A DNA stretch of 64,000 nucleotides, taken from NCBI RefSeq assembly GCF_009834535.1, contig NC_045705.1, positions 55,738,001 through 55,802,000 on the forward strand, given 5' to 3'. Below the pieces are notes generated by a model. The model saw only the letters and a list, made by a program, of their open reading frames with translations, made no database searches and had not been told where the DNA came from. A program made the translations under genes and the position numbers. How positions within the stretch are numbered: the first letter of the stretch is position 1; each line of letters begins with the position of its first letter. Shown one piece after another: positions 1 through 11,854 of the stretch. The DNA comes from Camelus ferus. Taxonomy: Eukaryota.

Positions 1-656
1 TTTCTCTTTTATGGAATCAGGCATACTACTGGCCATGAGCTTTGATCGTTTTGTGGCTATTTGTGACCCACTACGCTATGCAACCATGCTCCCCAACAAC
101 CGCATCATGGCTATGGGCCTGTGCATCCTTGCCAAAAGTTTCACCACTCTCTTCCCTTTCCCCTTTTTGGTAAAACGACTGCCCTTCTGCAAGGGCAATG
201 TTTTGCATCACTCGTTCTGCCTCCATCCAGATCTCATGAAAGTGGCATGTGGAGACATTCATGTTAATAACATCTATGGACTCTTCGTGGTCGTTTTCAC
301 CTATGGCATAGACTCAACTTTCATCCTGCTTTCCTATGTATTGATCCTGAGAGCTGTGCTGGCCATTGCATCCCAGGNNNNNNNNNNNNNNNNNNNNNNN
401 NNNNNNNNNNNNNNNNNNNNNNNNNNNNNNNNNNNNNNNNNNNNNNNNNNNNNNNNNNNNNNNNNNNNNNNNNNNNNNNNNNNNNNNNNNNNNNNNNNNN
501 NNNNNNNNNNNNNNNNNNNNNNNNNNNNNNNNNNNNNNNNNGCTCAACCCCATCATTTACAGTGTGAAAACAAGGGAGATACGCAGAGGGATACTCAAAG
601 TCTTCTATAAATCTCAGAGCTTAGGAAGGTTGCGGACCTTGAGAGAACTACCTTAA
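1..656 (+). CDS. OR51I1: Olfactory receptor 51I1 orthologue, 3' part (TM3 to C-terminus); 5' end outside window; N-run 378-541 hides TM6-TM7
   Basis: Frame from nt 2 reads [26 protein letters not shown]...KRLPFCKGNVLHHSFCLHPDLMKVACGDIHVNNIYGL, closely matching recalled human OR51I1. After the gap it reads LNPIIYSVKTREIRRGILK, with stop TAA at 654-656. Post-gap frame is offset by +1 nt. Confidence 0.88.
378..541. other. N-run (unresolved sequence); others at 15709-15863, 40988-41142 and 41206-41482
   Basis: Direct reading. All four fall in multicopy sequence (OR coding region or L1). Confidence 0.99.
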
Positions 657-1454
657 AGAAAGGACTGGGCTTGTTTGTCATCTTTAGGAATGCTAAAACA
701 AGGAGGAGAAGAACCAAGATCTTGGGAGTTGTGAATATGGAACTAATAAAAAAATCTGACTCTATAAAATGACATAAATATGTATTGAACATTTACTATA
801 TGAAAAATTTTGTACTAGTTGCTAAGAATGCTATAACAGTGAGTGAAACATATTGTTAAGTGAGAGATACATGCTGGGAAATACACAAAAAAAGGATAAA
901 GATACCCTGAACATGTTTAACATATATGACAATCATGGATTTACAGTGCAGATAGCTTTGAACAGAGATAATTCTGCTACTACCCAGTGCAAGGAAAACA
1001 CAAATAAATTTCTGTGGCAGCTTGGCGCTTCATGGGAGAGAGAGGACCTATTGTTTTGTGGAGATCAAAATAAGTTTTTTCTGTGTGTTTGTAAGTACCT
1101 TGTGAAGGATGAGAAGAGTTAGAGTAGTTGGTCAGGGTGACAGGAAGAAGGGAAGATAATGATTTTCGCATAGGTAGCTGCCTGAGAAAAGATATTTAGG
1201 CAAGAAAGTTTAGAACCTTACTATCCCAAGCATAGTCTGATGATCTACAGCATTGCTCTATTTGGTGTTTTTTTAGAGAAACAGAAACGTAGTCCACACA
1301 TAAGACCTACTGAACTCAAATTGCATTTAATAAGGCCCTGGAGTAATGAAAGCTGAGAAGCGAAGTGCTTCAATTTTGTAACACCTCAGGTTATCTTGCC
1401 TATCTGATGTGTAACAAAGATAACAACATTCCTGACTAACAAGTGATCTGGAAA

Positions 1455-1640
1455 GCGGTTCTCAAAGTGTGATTCCCAGACCAGCACCATCACCATTGTT
1501 TGGGAAATTTTTAGGCATGCAAATTCTCAGGCATTTCCTCAGACACCCTGATCAGAAACTCCTAGGTGGTGAAGTACGGAAATTTGGGTTTTCATTAGTC
1601 CTCCAAGCAGTTCTAATATCTGTTAAAGTTTGAGAATCTT
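1455..1640. mobile_element. MER5A-like hAT MITE
   Basis: Termini agcggttctcaaagtgtg...ttaaagtttgagaatc with internal ccagcaccatcacc and atgcaaattctcagg, typical of MER5A. Confidence 0.75.
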
Positions 1641-3839
1641 TAATCTAGAATATTGGTCAGGAATATTTGGGAGATTTGCGAACAGCTTTATTTAAAGGGG
1701 GAGGTTTCATTTTGAGAAGCTCTGGAAACAAGAACCTGGGAGATTGTCTAAGTCAGATTGTGGGTGGATGTCAATGCTGGAGGAACCCGAAGTGCATGAC
1801 AATTAGGCATATGGTGTTGGTGGCAAAGGGAAACGCAGACTTAGAGCCTACTATCTCCATGAGGTGGCACAGACGGGACACAGAAATAACTTCACAGAGG
1901 AAGCTTCACAGACGAACAATCTCCAGCCACTTCGCCATCACACAGAGGCTCCTGCCCCATCATGCAATTCTCTTCTTCTCCCAATTTCCACCCCCTGAAA
2001 TCCCAACCTACCTGAAATCCAAAATTTAGGTAAAATCCAATGATAATTCTGCCCTCTAAGCAAAGAGAACCTAGAGGGGGAAAAATCAATTGGTTGTTAC
2101 AATGAGATACAGGATCAGCAAGATTTCTTGGAGTGGAACTTGAATGTATACAAGCTTCTGATCAAAGCCTCTCTGAGACTTCTTTTTTCTTTTCTACAAA
2201 GTCTATTAACTTCCTTCTGGAGAGTATACTCCTCCCTTAAATGGAAAATGTTTACTCTGGTTGTATGTTTCCACACCAAACATATACCTGCATTGTGTCT
2301 ACCTTTGCTGTGCTCCATGGTGGAAATTTTGATTTCCAAACCACAGTACAAATTTATTTCCCTATTTAAGCTCTATGGGGGAACTGCTTTATAATTTTAC
2401 CATAAATAATATTTAACATTTATAATATATCCCTTTTGTTGGGATTTGCACAGACATTATGTTTGGCGTATCACTCTCAGAGTGAGCAAATACTCTGTTT
2501 TCTCTGACTTCTTTTCTCATTTAGTGGAGGCAGAACTAAGCCTTGAAAGAACTGTTCAAAAGTGAAAAAAAAAGGTCAAATCTAAAATCCTACAAATAGC
2601 ACAGTGTTCGGTGTGCCTAGTACATATGAATTAAATAAACAACCAAATGCTAATTAAATAAATGAAGGAATTGGATCCAAGCTGATTTATTTCCCTTTAT
2701 TCCACCTCCAATGGCACAGCGAGAGTCATGTTGCTCTGTGGCTTCTCAGAGCCCCCTTCCCCTCACCAGGAACTGCTGCTCAGTCTGAGACACCATATCG
2801 GTCCCTTTCTTTTCCCATAATTCTATGACCTTATTCACAACGTTGTTTTCTGCATTCTCCTGAATTTCATTCTCTTTTTCCTAACTCATCAATTTTAACC
2901 CAACCAGTTCTACAATCAGGGAAAGCAGAGCATTTTTCAAACTGCTTCTCTAAGACAGTTCAAAGTTTTATATGGTGAAAGGAAAATTTTCTCTATGTCC
3001 GGCTTCTGTTTTCATCCCCTACCCACAGGAAAAGAAGAGAGCTCTCCCAGTATTCTTTTCCTTGATACACACTTACTCTATATGAAACCGAAGAAAAGAG
3101 GAGGTAAGATGTGCTATTTAATGGGAAGACTAGGTATTTGGGAAAATAAACAATTTGGAATGCCTAAGACTGAAAACTGCAGCAGATCTTCTGACAGGCG
3201 TAATTATCACGTGTGGTACAATCACATTAAAAGAAAGTCACTTTCTTCTTTTTATTTGAATCTCCCCCGTAGATAGGATCTATTCTCTTTACAGATCAGG
3301 TTCCAAGTTGAAACAATACTAATGTCATGAAATCATGAAGCCAACAGATGGCAAAGCTAGGACTCAAACCCACGTCTGTGTGAGTTTGGACCCCATGCCC
3401 TTTCAATACCCTGCGAAGTCTCTCCTGGAAGAGACCTCAGTCCTACGGAACTTGGTAGAGAGTTGGGTGGGAGATGGTGGGACTGGAGCTGAGCAGGGAA
3501 CAGCAGTGGTAAGTCAGTAAGGCAGCCGTGGTCATATATTCTATTGGTTAAATCCTGGGACGGCTTTACATTTCAAGTTCTGTTCTCCTGGCTCTGAGTT
3601 CTGAATTTTGCCCATTGGGCCTAAACTTGAGGTTCTGCCTGGAATATGAGTTTTCAGCCCAGAATTCAGGGATCTAAGCGGGGTCTGGGCTCGGAGCTCT
3701 GACTCTGAGCCTGGATAATTGATGTGGGAGGGCTGTTGCTAGTGGAGCTTGGGGGAATCTGTCTCCATCCTCCTCTTCATCACAAGGAAGGAGCTGGAAT
3801 TTTATTTTCTCTGAGAAGAGAGGAAAGTACTTCCAGGGG

Positions 3840-4120
3840 GAGTATTTTTTGTTTTCTTTTGTTCCCAGGGTGAGATCTAATCCCCCTCCTTTCCCCGTCG
3901 TCAGCACAGCATCACACGCAGGAAAACCAGGACCCCAGAGGCCCTGGCCCCTGGGAACTCTCATTCAGAGACATAAATCCCGCCCGTCTCTTGGCTAGTG
4001 CCTGCCTGAGGCCCATTCTGGAGCCACTGTGAGCTCTGGCTTCTGTCTGTCAACTCAACTCTCACTTCACAGAACTCTTTCAGGCGGGTGTGAATCTATT
4101 TGCGTCCCCGGGTATGTGCG
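3840..4120 (+). promoter_or_regulatory. Candidate promoter and first non-coding exon of the OR51K1-like gene
   Basis: Local GC/CpG-rich patch with O/E (EBF)-like sites TTCCCAGGGT (~3861) and GCCCCTGGGA (~3947), and TATA-like CATAAAT (~3972). Downstream, branch point CTAAC (~6484), polypyrimidine tract and AG at 6519-6520 lie 28 nt before the ATG. Confidence 0.45.
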
Positions 4121-4767
4121 CAAGAAATGTGTTTCTGTGTCAGTTCTCTCTGCTCCGCTGTGTGGTTCCCTCAGTCTCTCTCAGGTCTCTGGATCTTTGA
4201 GTGAGTCTCTGTCCACGCGTGTGTGTGAGTTTGTATATTTGCTATGATTTGTTTGGCCTATGATGGAGGTGGAGATGTCTTTAAAAAAGGAAAAAATTCT
4301 CAAAATCTGATTTTTTGTGTCTGTTTTCTTAAAAAGAAATAATATACATCCTGATGCCCTGTGTCCTCCCAGACACTTTCAGATAGAGCTGCCGACACTG
4401 CTCCGCAGGGAAAGACACGTGCTAGTCACATGACGGGATTGACGTCTTGCCTCTGTTCTATTTCACACAGGTCCAAAGTCATGATATTCTCAGGGTCACA
4501 GACTAAGAGAGATTTTTGACCTTCTGGAACATCCTGCCCAAGGGCAGGAGAGTTGAAAGGGACCTTAATCCCAGTTCAGCAGATGCTGGGATTCTCCCTC
4601 CAGCATTCCCATCAAAGGTCATTCAGCTGTTGCAGTTGTGGCTTGAATATCTTCACTGAACAGAAATTTATTACTTCATCATGTAGCTTTGACTCTCAGA
4701 GAAAGAATCTTCCTTACCTGTGCCCTAGACCATCCCCTGTCATCTCTGTTGTGGGCACACAACATGG

Positions 4768-5779
4768 TGACAGTGACACGGAGGTTGGTGTCGACTAAAA
4801 TAAATGTGTACCCTGAAAGTTGAGAGTTATGTTTTATTTGGCGGGAGGACTCGAGCCGGGATGACAGCCTCTCAGATGGCTCTGAGGGACTGCTCCGAAG
4901 AGGTAGGGGAGGGGCTAGGACATGTAGGACAAAGACCAGGTAGTTGGAACAATAAAAGATCACTTGTTATCTAGAGAAAACCAGGCATCTCAAGTTAAAG
5001 AATTTGGTGCTTTTCTATGTGAGAAAGCAAACATTTGGACTCATTGAATTCATTCCTTTGACAAGCACCTAGCTATCTAGGGCCAGTATCCTGTACTTTC
5101 TTATTCTGAGTCCCCTCAGAGGGCACCATTGGAGCGGCTGCAGAGGCCAGGCTGCAGGCTTGTCTTCACTGGGGGGTGGCGGCAGCCGCTGATGACCTGA
5201 CACCTGACGGCTTCAGCATTCTTTGTGTACTGATATGGTTTGCAGTGCTTTTCGTTCACATTGGTAAAGAACTACCAGAGACTGAGAAAAGTTTAGGAAA
5301 GTTTAATAGACACGTTGCTACAGGCGACAGTGGGCCACACAGGTGACAGCTGCCTGCATGAGGGCCCAGGATGGGCGTGCAGGGTCTTTTATTGGGGGGA
5401 GGGGGCTGTGCACACAAGGAGTAGGGGCTACCTGATCAGTTTGTGCACAGGCACCTGATTGGTTGTAAGATCTATCAGGGATTTCTCTGAACAATAGGTT
5501 TTCTGACTTTGATAAGGGCAGAATGTGAGGCCAGTGCCCTAGGCTATTGTGGGGCTATCTCCAGGGATGATGAGTTTTGTTAGGGAAAACACACATCAAG
5601 AGAAGATGTTTTATATCTTGCAGAAATGCAGGTATGCGAAGGGTCCTGCAGTGGGGAGTTGGGGTTAAGGTGTCAAAGGCTACAAGCACACAGGCACACA
5701 GAGAGCCCAGGGGTGGGGGTTTTATGACACCAGAGAGGGCCAGCTGTCAATCTCCACCCGTCACCCACTTCCTCTTACA
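4768..5779 (-). mobile_element. Older LTR (family unassigned) interrupted by the 4789-5260 LTR
   Basis: Minus strand starts TGTAAGAGG at 5779, has a CCAAT box (ctgattggtt ~5455) and an ATTAAA signal (~5303), and resumes left of the TSD ending in ...GTCACTGTCA. Confidence 0.5.
4789..5260 (-). mobile_element. ERV1-class solo LTR, 472 bp, 4-bp TSD TTGG
   Basis: TG...CA termini (TGTGAA / CGACA on minus). TTGG at 4785-4788 and 5261-5264. Minus-strand AATAAA at 4833-4838. Confidence 0.85.
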
Positions 5780-6548
5780 GCCATCCCCACCCATCTCTGC
5801 ATGCAGTCTCCTCTTCTCAAAACAAAACATCACTGGTTCCTTCAATGCTCTTTCTAGGACTTGGTTCTCCTTGCCTTTGAGTGCTTCCCAATTGGTTTAA
5901 CTCTGATCTAGAACATGGAACCCATACTCCGCTCAGAATGGGCCTCAGGCAGGCACTTTCTGAATGTACTTCAGTTATAGCCCTGAGCAGTGTGTTCATG
6001 GTTTCATTAATTCATGAATTCTTGAGCATGTCTTTGTGCTAGAATCAAGAAGTGGTGGGGAGGCAAGAATGAATGAGGCAAGCGTTTAACCCTAAAAGAG
6101 CCCGAACTATGACTGGGGGAACAGGGGTAAAAGTACTTCCCCAAAAATAAAAAGTATGTATAAAATATTACAAGTCATGGATGAAATTTTATTATTTCTG
6201 CTTAAACAGTGATAGGAAAAGCTGCAGATAAAAATAAAGGTTTTGAATATGAATGATAGTAAGAATTCAAAAGCAAGAAAGAGAAAGAAAATAAAAGTAA
6301 GAAAAAAAGAAAACATTGAACTGTAGATGCACATTTTAGAACATATTATCTTCTGAAGAAAATATTCTTGCTCACGATGCCTAAAGCCCTGACTATCCAT
6401 GGGACATCCTGACAGGAGGACTTGAAGTAAGTGAATTAAGTCAGTTTCTTTGAGTAGCTAAATAAATTTAAGGTAGGTGAGAGCTAACTTTTGTTTTTGT
6501 TTTTGTTTCCCAAATGTCAGGTGAAGACTGATCTCTGCTGTTGGTGAC

Positions 6549-7499
6549 ATGAAAGCTGAGAGCAATGAAAGTCTTGACCTCTTATCTGTCTTCCTGACTG
6601 GCATTCCAGGATTGGAAGCCCAACACGGCTGCCTCTCCATCCCCTTCTTCACCACGTACACGGTGGCCATTGTGGGCAACAGCCTAATCATGGCAGCAGT
6701 GCAGGCAGACCCTGCCTTACATGAGCCCATGTACTTGTTTCTCTCCATGTTGGCTGTCACTGAGGTGGGTGTCTCTGTGTCTACACTGCCCACTGTCATG
6801 GGCATTCTTTGGTTTGATACCCGCCAGATTGACTTTGATGGCTGCCTGGCCCAGATGTTCTTCATTCACACCTTCTCTTGCATGGAGTCAGGGGTCCTAC
6901 TGGCCATGAGCTACGATCACTTTGTAGCCATCTACAACCCACTGCGATATACAGCCATCCTGACCCTGCCCCGTATCATCTCCATGGGTCTGGGCATCAC
7001 TGTGAAGAGTGTGACTCTCATGGCTCCCCTTTCAATCCTTTTGAGGCAACTGCCCTATTGCCACACTAACGTCCTCTCCCACTCTTACTGCCTCCACTCA
7101 GACCTGATCCAGCTGCCTTGTGCTGATACTAAGCTCAATAGCATCCTGGGTTTGGCCATTGTCTTGGCCACTTTTGGGCTGGACTCACTGCTCATTGTGA
7201 TTTCTTATATGCTGATTCTTTACACAGTGCTGGGCATTGCTTCTGGGGAGGGACGACGGAAGGCCCTCAATACGTGTGTGTCACACATCGGTGCGGTGCT
7301 TGTGTACTATGTGCCTATGATTGGTGTGTCTGTGATGCATCGTGCTACCAAGCATGCCTCACCTCTGGTCCACACACTCATGTCTAGCATCTACCTCTTT
7401 GTGCCCCCTGTACTCAACCCCATCATCTACAGCGTCAAGACCAAGCCAATCCGACAGGGAATTGCCACCTTGTTTTCCTGTAAGAGAGAATTACTCTGA
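6549..7499 (+). CDS. OR51K1: Intact class I olfactory receptor, 316 aa, OR51K1-like (human copy annotated as pseudogene OR51K1P)
   Basis: Full 7TM OR motifs: NES sequon, [62 protein letters not shown]. The OR call is certain. The name rests on position between OR51I1 and OR51Q1 (medium confidence). Confidence 0.85.
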   Translation: MKAESNESLDLLSVFLTGIPGLEAQHGCLSIPFFTTYTVAIVGNSLIMAAVQADPALHEPMYLFLSMLAVTEVGVSVSTLPTVMGILWFDTRQIDFDGCLAQMFFIHTFSCMESGVLLAMSYDHFVAIYNPLRYTAILTLPRIISMGLGITVKSVTLMAPLSILLRQLPYCHTNVLSHSYCLHSDLIQLPCADTKLNSILGLAIVLATFGLDSLLIVISYMLILYTVLGIASGEGRRKALNTCVSHIGAVLVYYVPMIGVSVMHRATKHASPLVHTLMSSIYLFVPPVLNPIIYSVKTKPIRQGIATLFSCKRELL

Positions 7500-10301
7500 A
7501 TCATTCCCAGGGAGCAGGGACTTTGAGTTAGTCCATAAACTCTGATGGTATTTCTTCTGTGGGCAAAGTGGATTCAAAGTGTTGCCTACAGGCTTGAATC
7601 TGGATCACAAGACTTATCTTAACCCCTCCCCATCTCACACCTCATCAATGTATGTGTGTCTCTGTTTGTGCCCATGTGCATGCCATCTCTGGCAGATATG
7701 ATGATCTTGAGGGCAGAGATCATGAATTCCCTTTTCCTTTTCCTCTCAAAGCTCCCAGCAAAAAGCCTGGCAAATAATAAGTTAACAGTAAAGGCTTAAG
7801 ACTTGATGATATTTGAGTTGAAATAAAACAAATTCTTGTTTAGAGGGGTCAGGCAGGAATTGTGTCTCCTCCAAGAAAAAGTCATCCTAGGAATATGGTT
7901 TTGAGTAAGGTAAGTACATTTTCTGGTTTGTCCCAGATAATCATGATTTACACTTATTCTTCTCAGCATCACTATTAATAGCACTCCTTTCTCCTCTCAA
8001 AAACGTCCTTGTTTAAACAGTAAATTAATGCTAAACCTATTCATGAAGCAACCTCCTTCCTCTTATGTAAGGAACCAGACTCTTTCAACAACTCACCATC
8101 TAAAAATCTCTACCCTCAGAGTTTATGTACTGGGAGATTCTGAGGATGAGGAATAGCTGAATAGATGGTGTCAGCTTAGGTGTCTAGTAAAATATGGCAA
8201 AGCCAGGTTTCAGATCCTAAGAATCCCAGGAAAAGCTCTGAATTCTGCTTTAGCAGAAACTTGGGTCCTATTTTTCTTAAGTCATTGTGGCTGGAAATAC
8301 TTGTTCCCCTCTCCTCCCATCCTTCAGCCTTCAGCCAGCTCACCACGCCATGCAGCAGGTATATTTTTACCTGTCCCTTCACCCCACCCCTTCTCTAGCT
8401 CTGTCAGCCTAGCTCTAGTGGGCACCGCTTGCTTCTGCCCGTGGCTGTCTGTGGTATCCCGGAAACCTTTGGTCAAATGGGAGAGTGTCCCCACACCTCC
8501 TAAACAACACAGGTCTGTGTAGGGTGGATTGATAAGGCCGTGCTGGTCGATCAGTAACTGGTCTCAGATTTTAGCCTCTCTCACTTCAGGGCCTCCAGTT
8601 ACAATGGGAGTGTTTTCCTCACCATGTGCTATTCTTCCAGACCTCATCTAGCACATCAGGGTCACCTTTACACAGGGAAATTTTTTAAGTACTCAATCTG
8701 TTTAGGATAGTGATTGCTAAATTTTTGTGTATGCTATAAAACAGTTAATGAAAGAAAAAATAAACTATGTATCTTTTTATGCATTTTCAGATTGACATCA
8801 AAATTTTATCATAAATTTACATAGTCGTTGAGCATGCATTTTGGTATATAGTATAAATATAGTGAGTTTAAAATAAATTGTTATATCACATTTAAAAATA
8901 ACTAATGGAAACTAAATATGATATTTTGATACTTGACATCATGGATTTAAAAATGCATGAACACATTCTTAAACATTCACATATTTTTATATCAATCCCT
9001 TTTCTCCTTGAATCCAAATTTTTATTTTATCCCCACCAAAGAGTTTTTTGATCATGTAATATATTTTTCTGTTTGAAACAATTTTAATGATCACTCTGTC
9101 ATAATACTTTTCAAAAAATGTATATAAATGTGTTTAAATTTGATGTTTAATAATTGATGACACATAGAGCATTATTTTTAAAATGTATTCTGCATTGAGT
9201 TATTTTCCTTTTTTTTTGCATTGAGTTATTTCTCTAATGCTTATTAGTACATAATTAATCAAAACAACATAAGCATGACACAAATATTGATATATTCAAA
9301 GTAAAATTTGATTGGCAATTCATCTCTTAATGAGCTGCATGAGCTTTTTTTTCTTGGAGCTGAAAATGAATATTATTTATTAATAGAATGAGACATAGTT
9401 CAGCAGCAATTCTGTTCCTATTGACTTTCTCCCTATTCCATAATTGCTAATGCTGATATGTTTAATAACATAAATAGGATGATGATATGGGTACTGTTTT
9501 ATCATTGCCCACTGCCATTTTTAATGCCTTTGGAATTAAAAAATAAAAAATAATATGACTATATACTTCAATTAAAAAATAATAATATGATGATGATCTG
9601 TTTGGAACAATTATTTGAATGACCAATAAATCCATTGGATTCCTCTTTACTTTTGTTGAAAGCAATGAAATTGATACCATTTGTCTTACACTAGAACATG
9701 TTACCTAGTCATTGGCATCATTTACTTCATCAAAATCTACGCCAATATTTCCCATGGTCCCTTTGGTATCTCAGAAATGTTTATCCTTTGAGGGTATATC
9801 ATGGAAAGAGGCAATGGCTTTAGGAACTATGAATATTCATTTGCTTTTTTTCCTTTTTTAAAATTAAATTTTATTTATTTTTTGGTTTAGTGAGAGAATG
9901 GGACTGTAAAAAGGAAGAAAAACGGTGTAACAAGAGACACAGTCAGACCAGATTCATTCTTATACAGCAATTTAAGCAAAGAAACTATATGGGCATTGAA
10001 TATCTAAAAATTTATTCCTTTAAAAGTATTTGTGCTCAAGCACTTCCAAAAATATTCTCTCATTTCTCTAGGACTGCATGTAATTAATTTATAGACCACT
10101 AAATTAGATGTTCACCAATGACAACTTCTATAAAGCCAAAGTGACTTTCCTAGACAAAATCTGGTCGAATTTCACAGTCAAATATCAGAGAAGATGATTT
10201 CTTCTGGACTGGTGCCCCAGGGACTTGGACTTACACATAAATATGCACTTCTGTCACTGAAAAGTGACCAATCATTTTCTTCATTTATTCAAGTAATATT
10301 T

Positions 10302-10680
10302 TGAACTTTGGGGTGCATGTATCTTTTCATGTATCTTTTAGAGTTTCCTCAAGGATGGACCTGGAGATCATCATACTAAGTGAAGTAAGCCAGAAAGAGA
10401 AAGAATAATACCATATGATATCACTCACACATAGAATATTAAAAAAAAAAAAAACCAAACCCACAAATGAACTTATTTGGAGAACAGAGACAGACTCAAA
10501 TAGAAAACAAATTTATGGTTACTATGGTAGAAAAAGGTGGAGGTAGAGGGATAAACTGGGAGTTAGGGATTGGCTGATACAAACTAGTATATAATAGATG
10601 AACAACAAGGTTCTACTGTATAGTACAGGGAACTATATTTGAAGCCTTGTAATAGCCTATGATTAAAAAAATACAAAAAG

Positions 10681-10723
<43 letters not shown>

Positions 10724-10789
10724 TGAATCACTATGTTGTACACCAGAAATTAACACGTTGTAAATCGACTATACTTCAATTAAAAAAAA
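10302..10789 (+). mobile_element. 5'-truncated L1 (artiodactyl-type 3' UTR) with short inverted 5' segment
   Basis: gatggacctggagatcatcatactaagtgaagtaagccag through cttcaattaaaaaaaa. Segment 10302-10350 is antisense L1 ORF2-end sequence (gaaaagatacatgcacccc). Confidence 0.85.
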
Positions 10790-11464
10790 TCTACATTGAT
10801 TCTGATATAGGCCACCTGTACTATGAGTTCAATAATCAGAAATTGTAACCAAAATGATGGCTTCCTTTCAAACTGGTATTTCTTAGAGAACCTACCTGGT
10901 TTCCACAAAATAATCTTTATGATCATTAAGGCCATATCCCATCTATCAGAACCTTTTCTAGTACAAAATCCATGATTCCAAAGGGAACTGGCTAAGAATC
11001 TGAACCACATTAATAGCATTAAGGTTAAAAAGAAAAAAAAACAAAAACAAAAACACAGCCTGTTGTGGTCAGAAAAATGAGTTCCTGTTCCCACAAATGT
11101 TATCAGTAGATCCTTGAAGTTTTAGTTCTAAATACTAGGGGTCTCTGGCAAGGCAGGAGGCTTAATCTAGCTATGGGGGCTCTTACTGTCTCACCCCAGT
11201 CTTTAGCCTCTTTGCATGTGTTCATCTGGTCTGCTGAACTCACGCTGGGCGTTGATTAGGCAATCTGAGCTGAAAAGCTGTTGATCTCAGCTGGATAGTT
11301 CAGAAACTTGATCTGTATCCATCTTCCCTCAGATAATTCTACTCTTTTTCAAGAGACAGAGAACACACATACCCACTGTATGAGCCCGAGAAATGGAGTT
11401 TACCTGAAGGTCTCAGTGGAGCTGCCTAGGAGAATGGCTGGTGGGGGCAACAACTAAGGGTTTC

Positions 11465-11535
11465 ATTCATCTCATCTCATTTCATTTCATTTCATTTCAT
11501 TTCATTTCATTTCATTTCATTTCATTTCACTTCAT
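11465..11535. repeat. (ATTTC)n pentanucleotide microsatellite
   Basis: About 10 near-perfect ATTTC units preceded by ATCTC variants. Confidence 0.95.
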
Positions 11536-11854
11536 TATTTAACCAAACCCATGAGAGAGAAAAGTATCTAGAAAGGAAGAAAAAATTTAAACAAACTTTT
11601 ACTCAGTCAATGATGCTTATCTCACTGGTTGGTAAATGTGCATGAATTTAATCAACTTGGACCCACAACTCTTTTGGATAGAATATTTGCTGCAGGCACC
11701 TCCCCAACAAAAATATAAAAAAGCCTAGTTCATGTCAAACTGTGCTAAAAGTGTAATGGGATTTTATTTTTCAGTCTGCGTTTCCCAAATCTGACTACAC
11801 TACCCCTATAAAACTATGCTAATGATTTCTGAGTAATTTAATAAATTCATTCCT

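Noticed and set aside
7504-7514. TTCCCAGGGAG O/E-like motif just after the OR51K1-like stop codon
   Set aside because: Non-canonical spacing, 3' position and isolated; likely chance.
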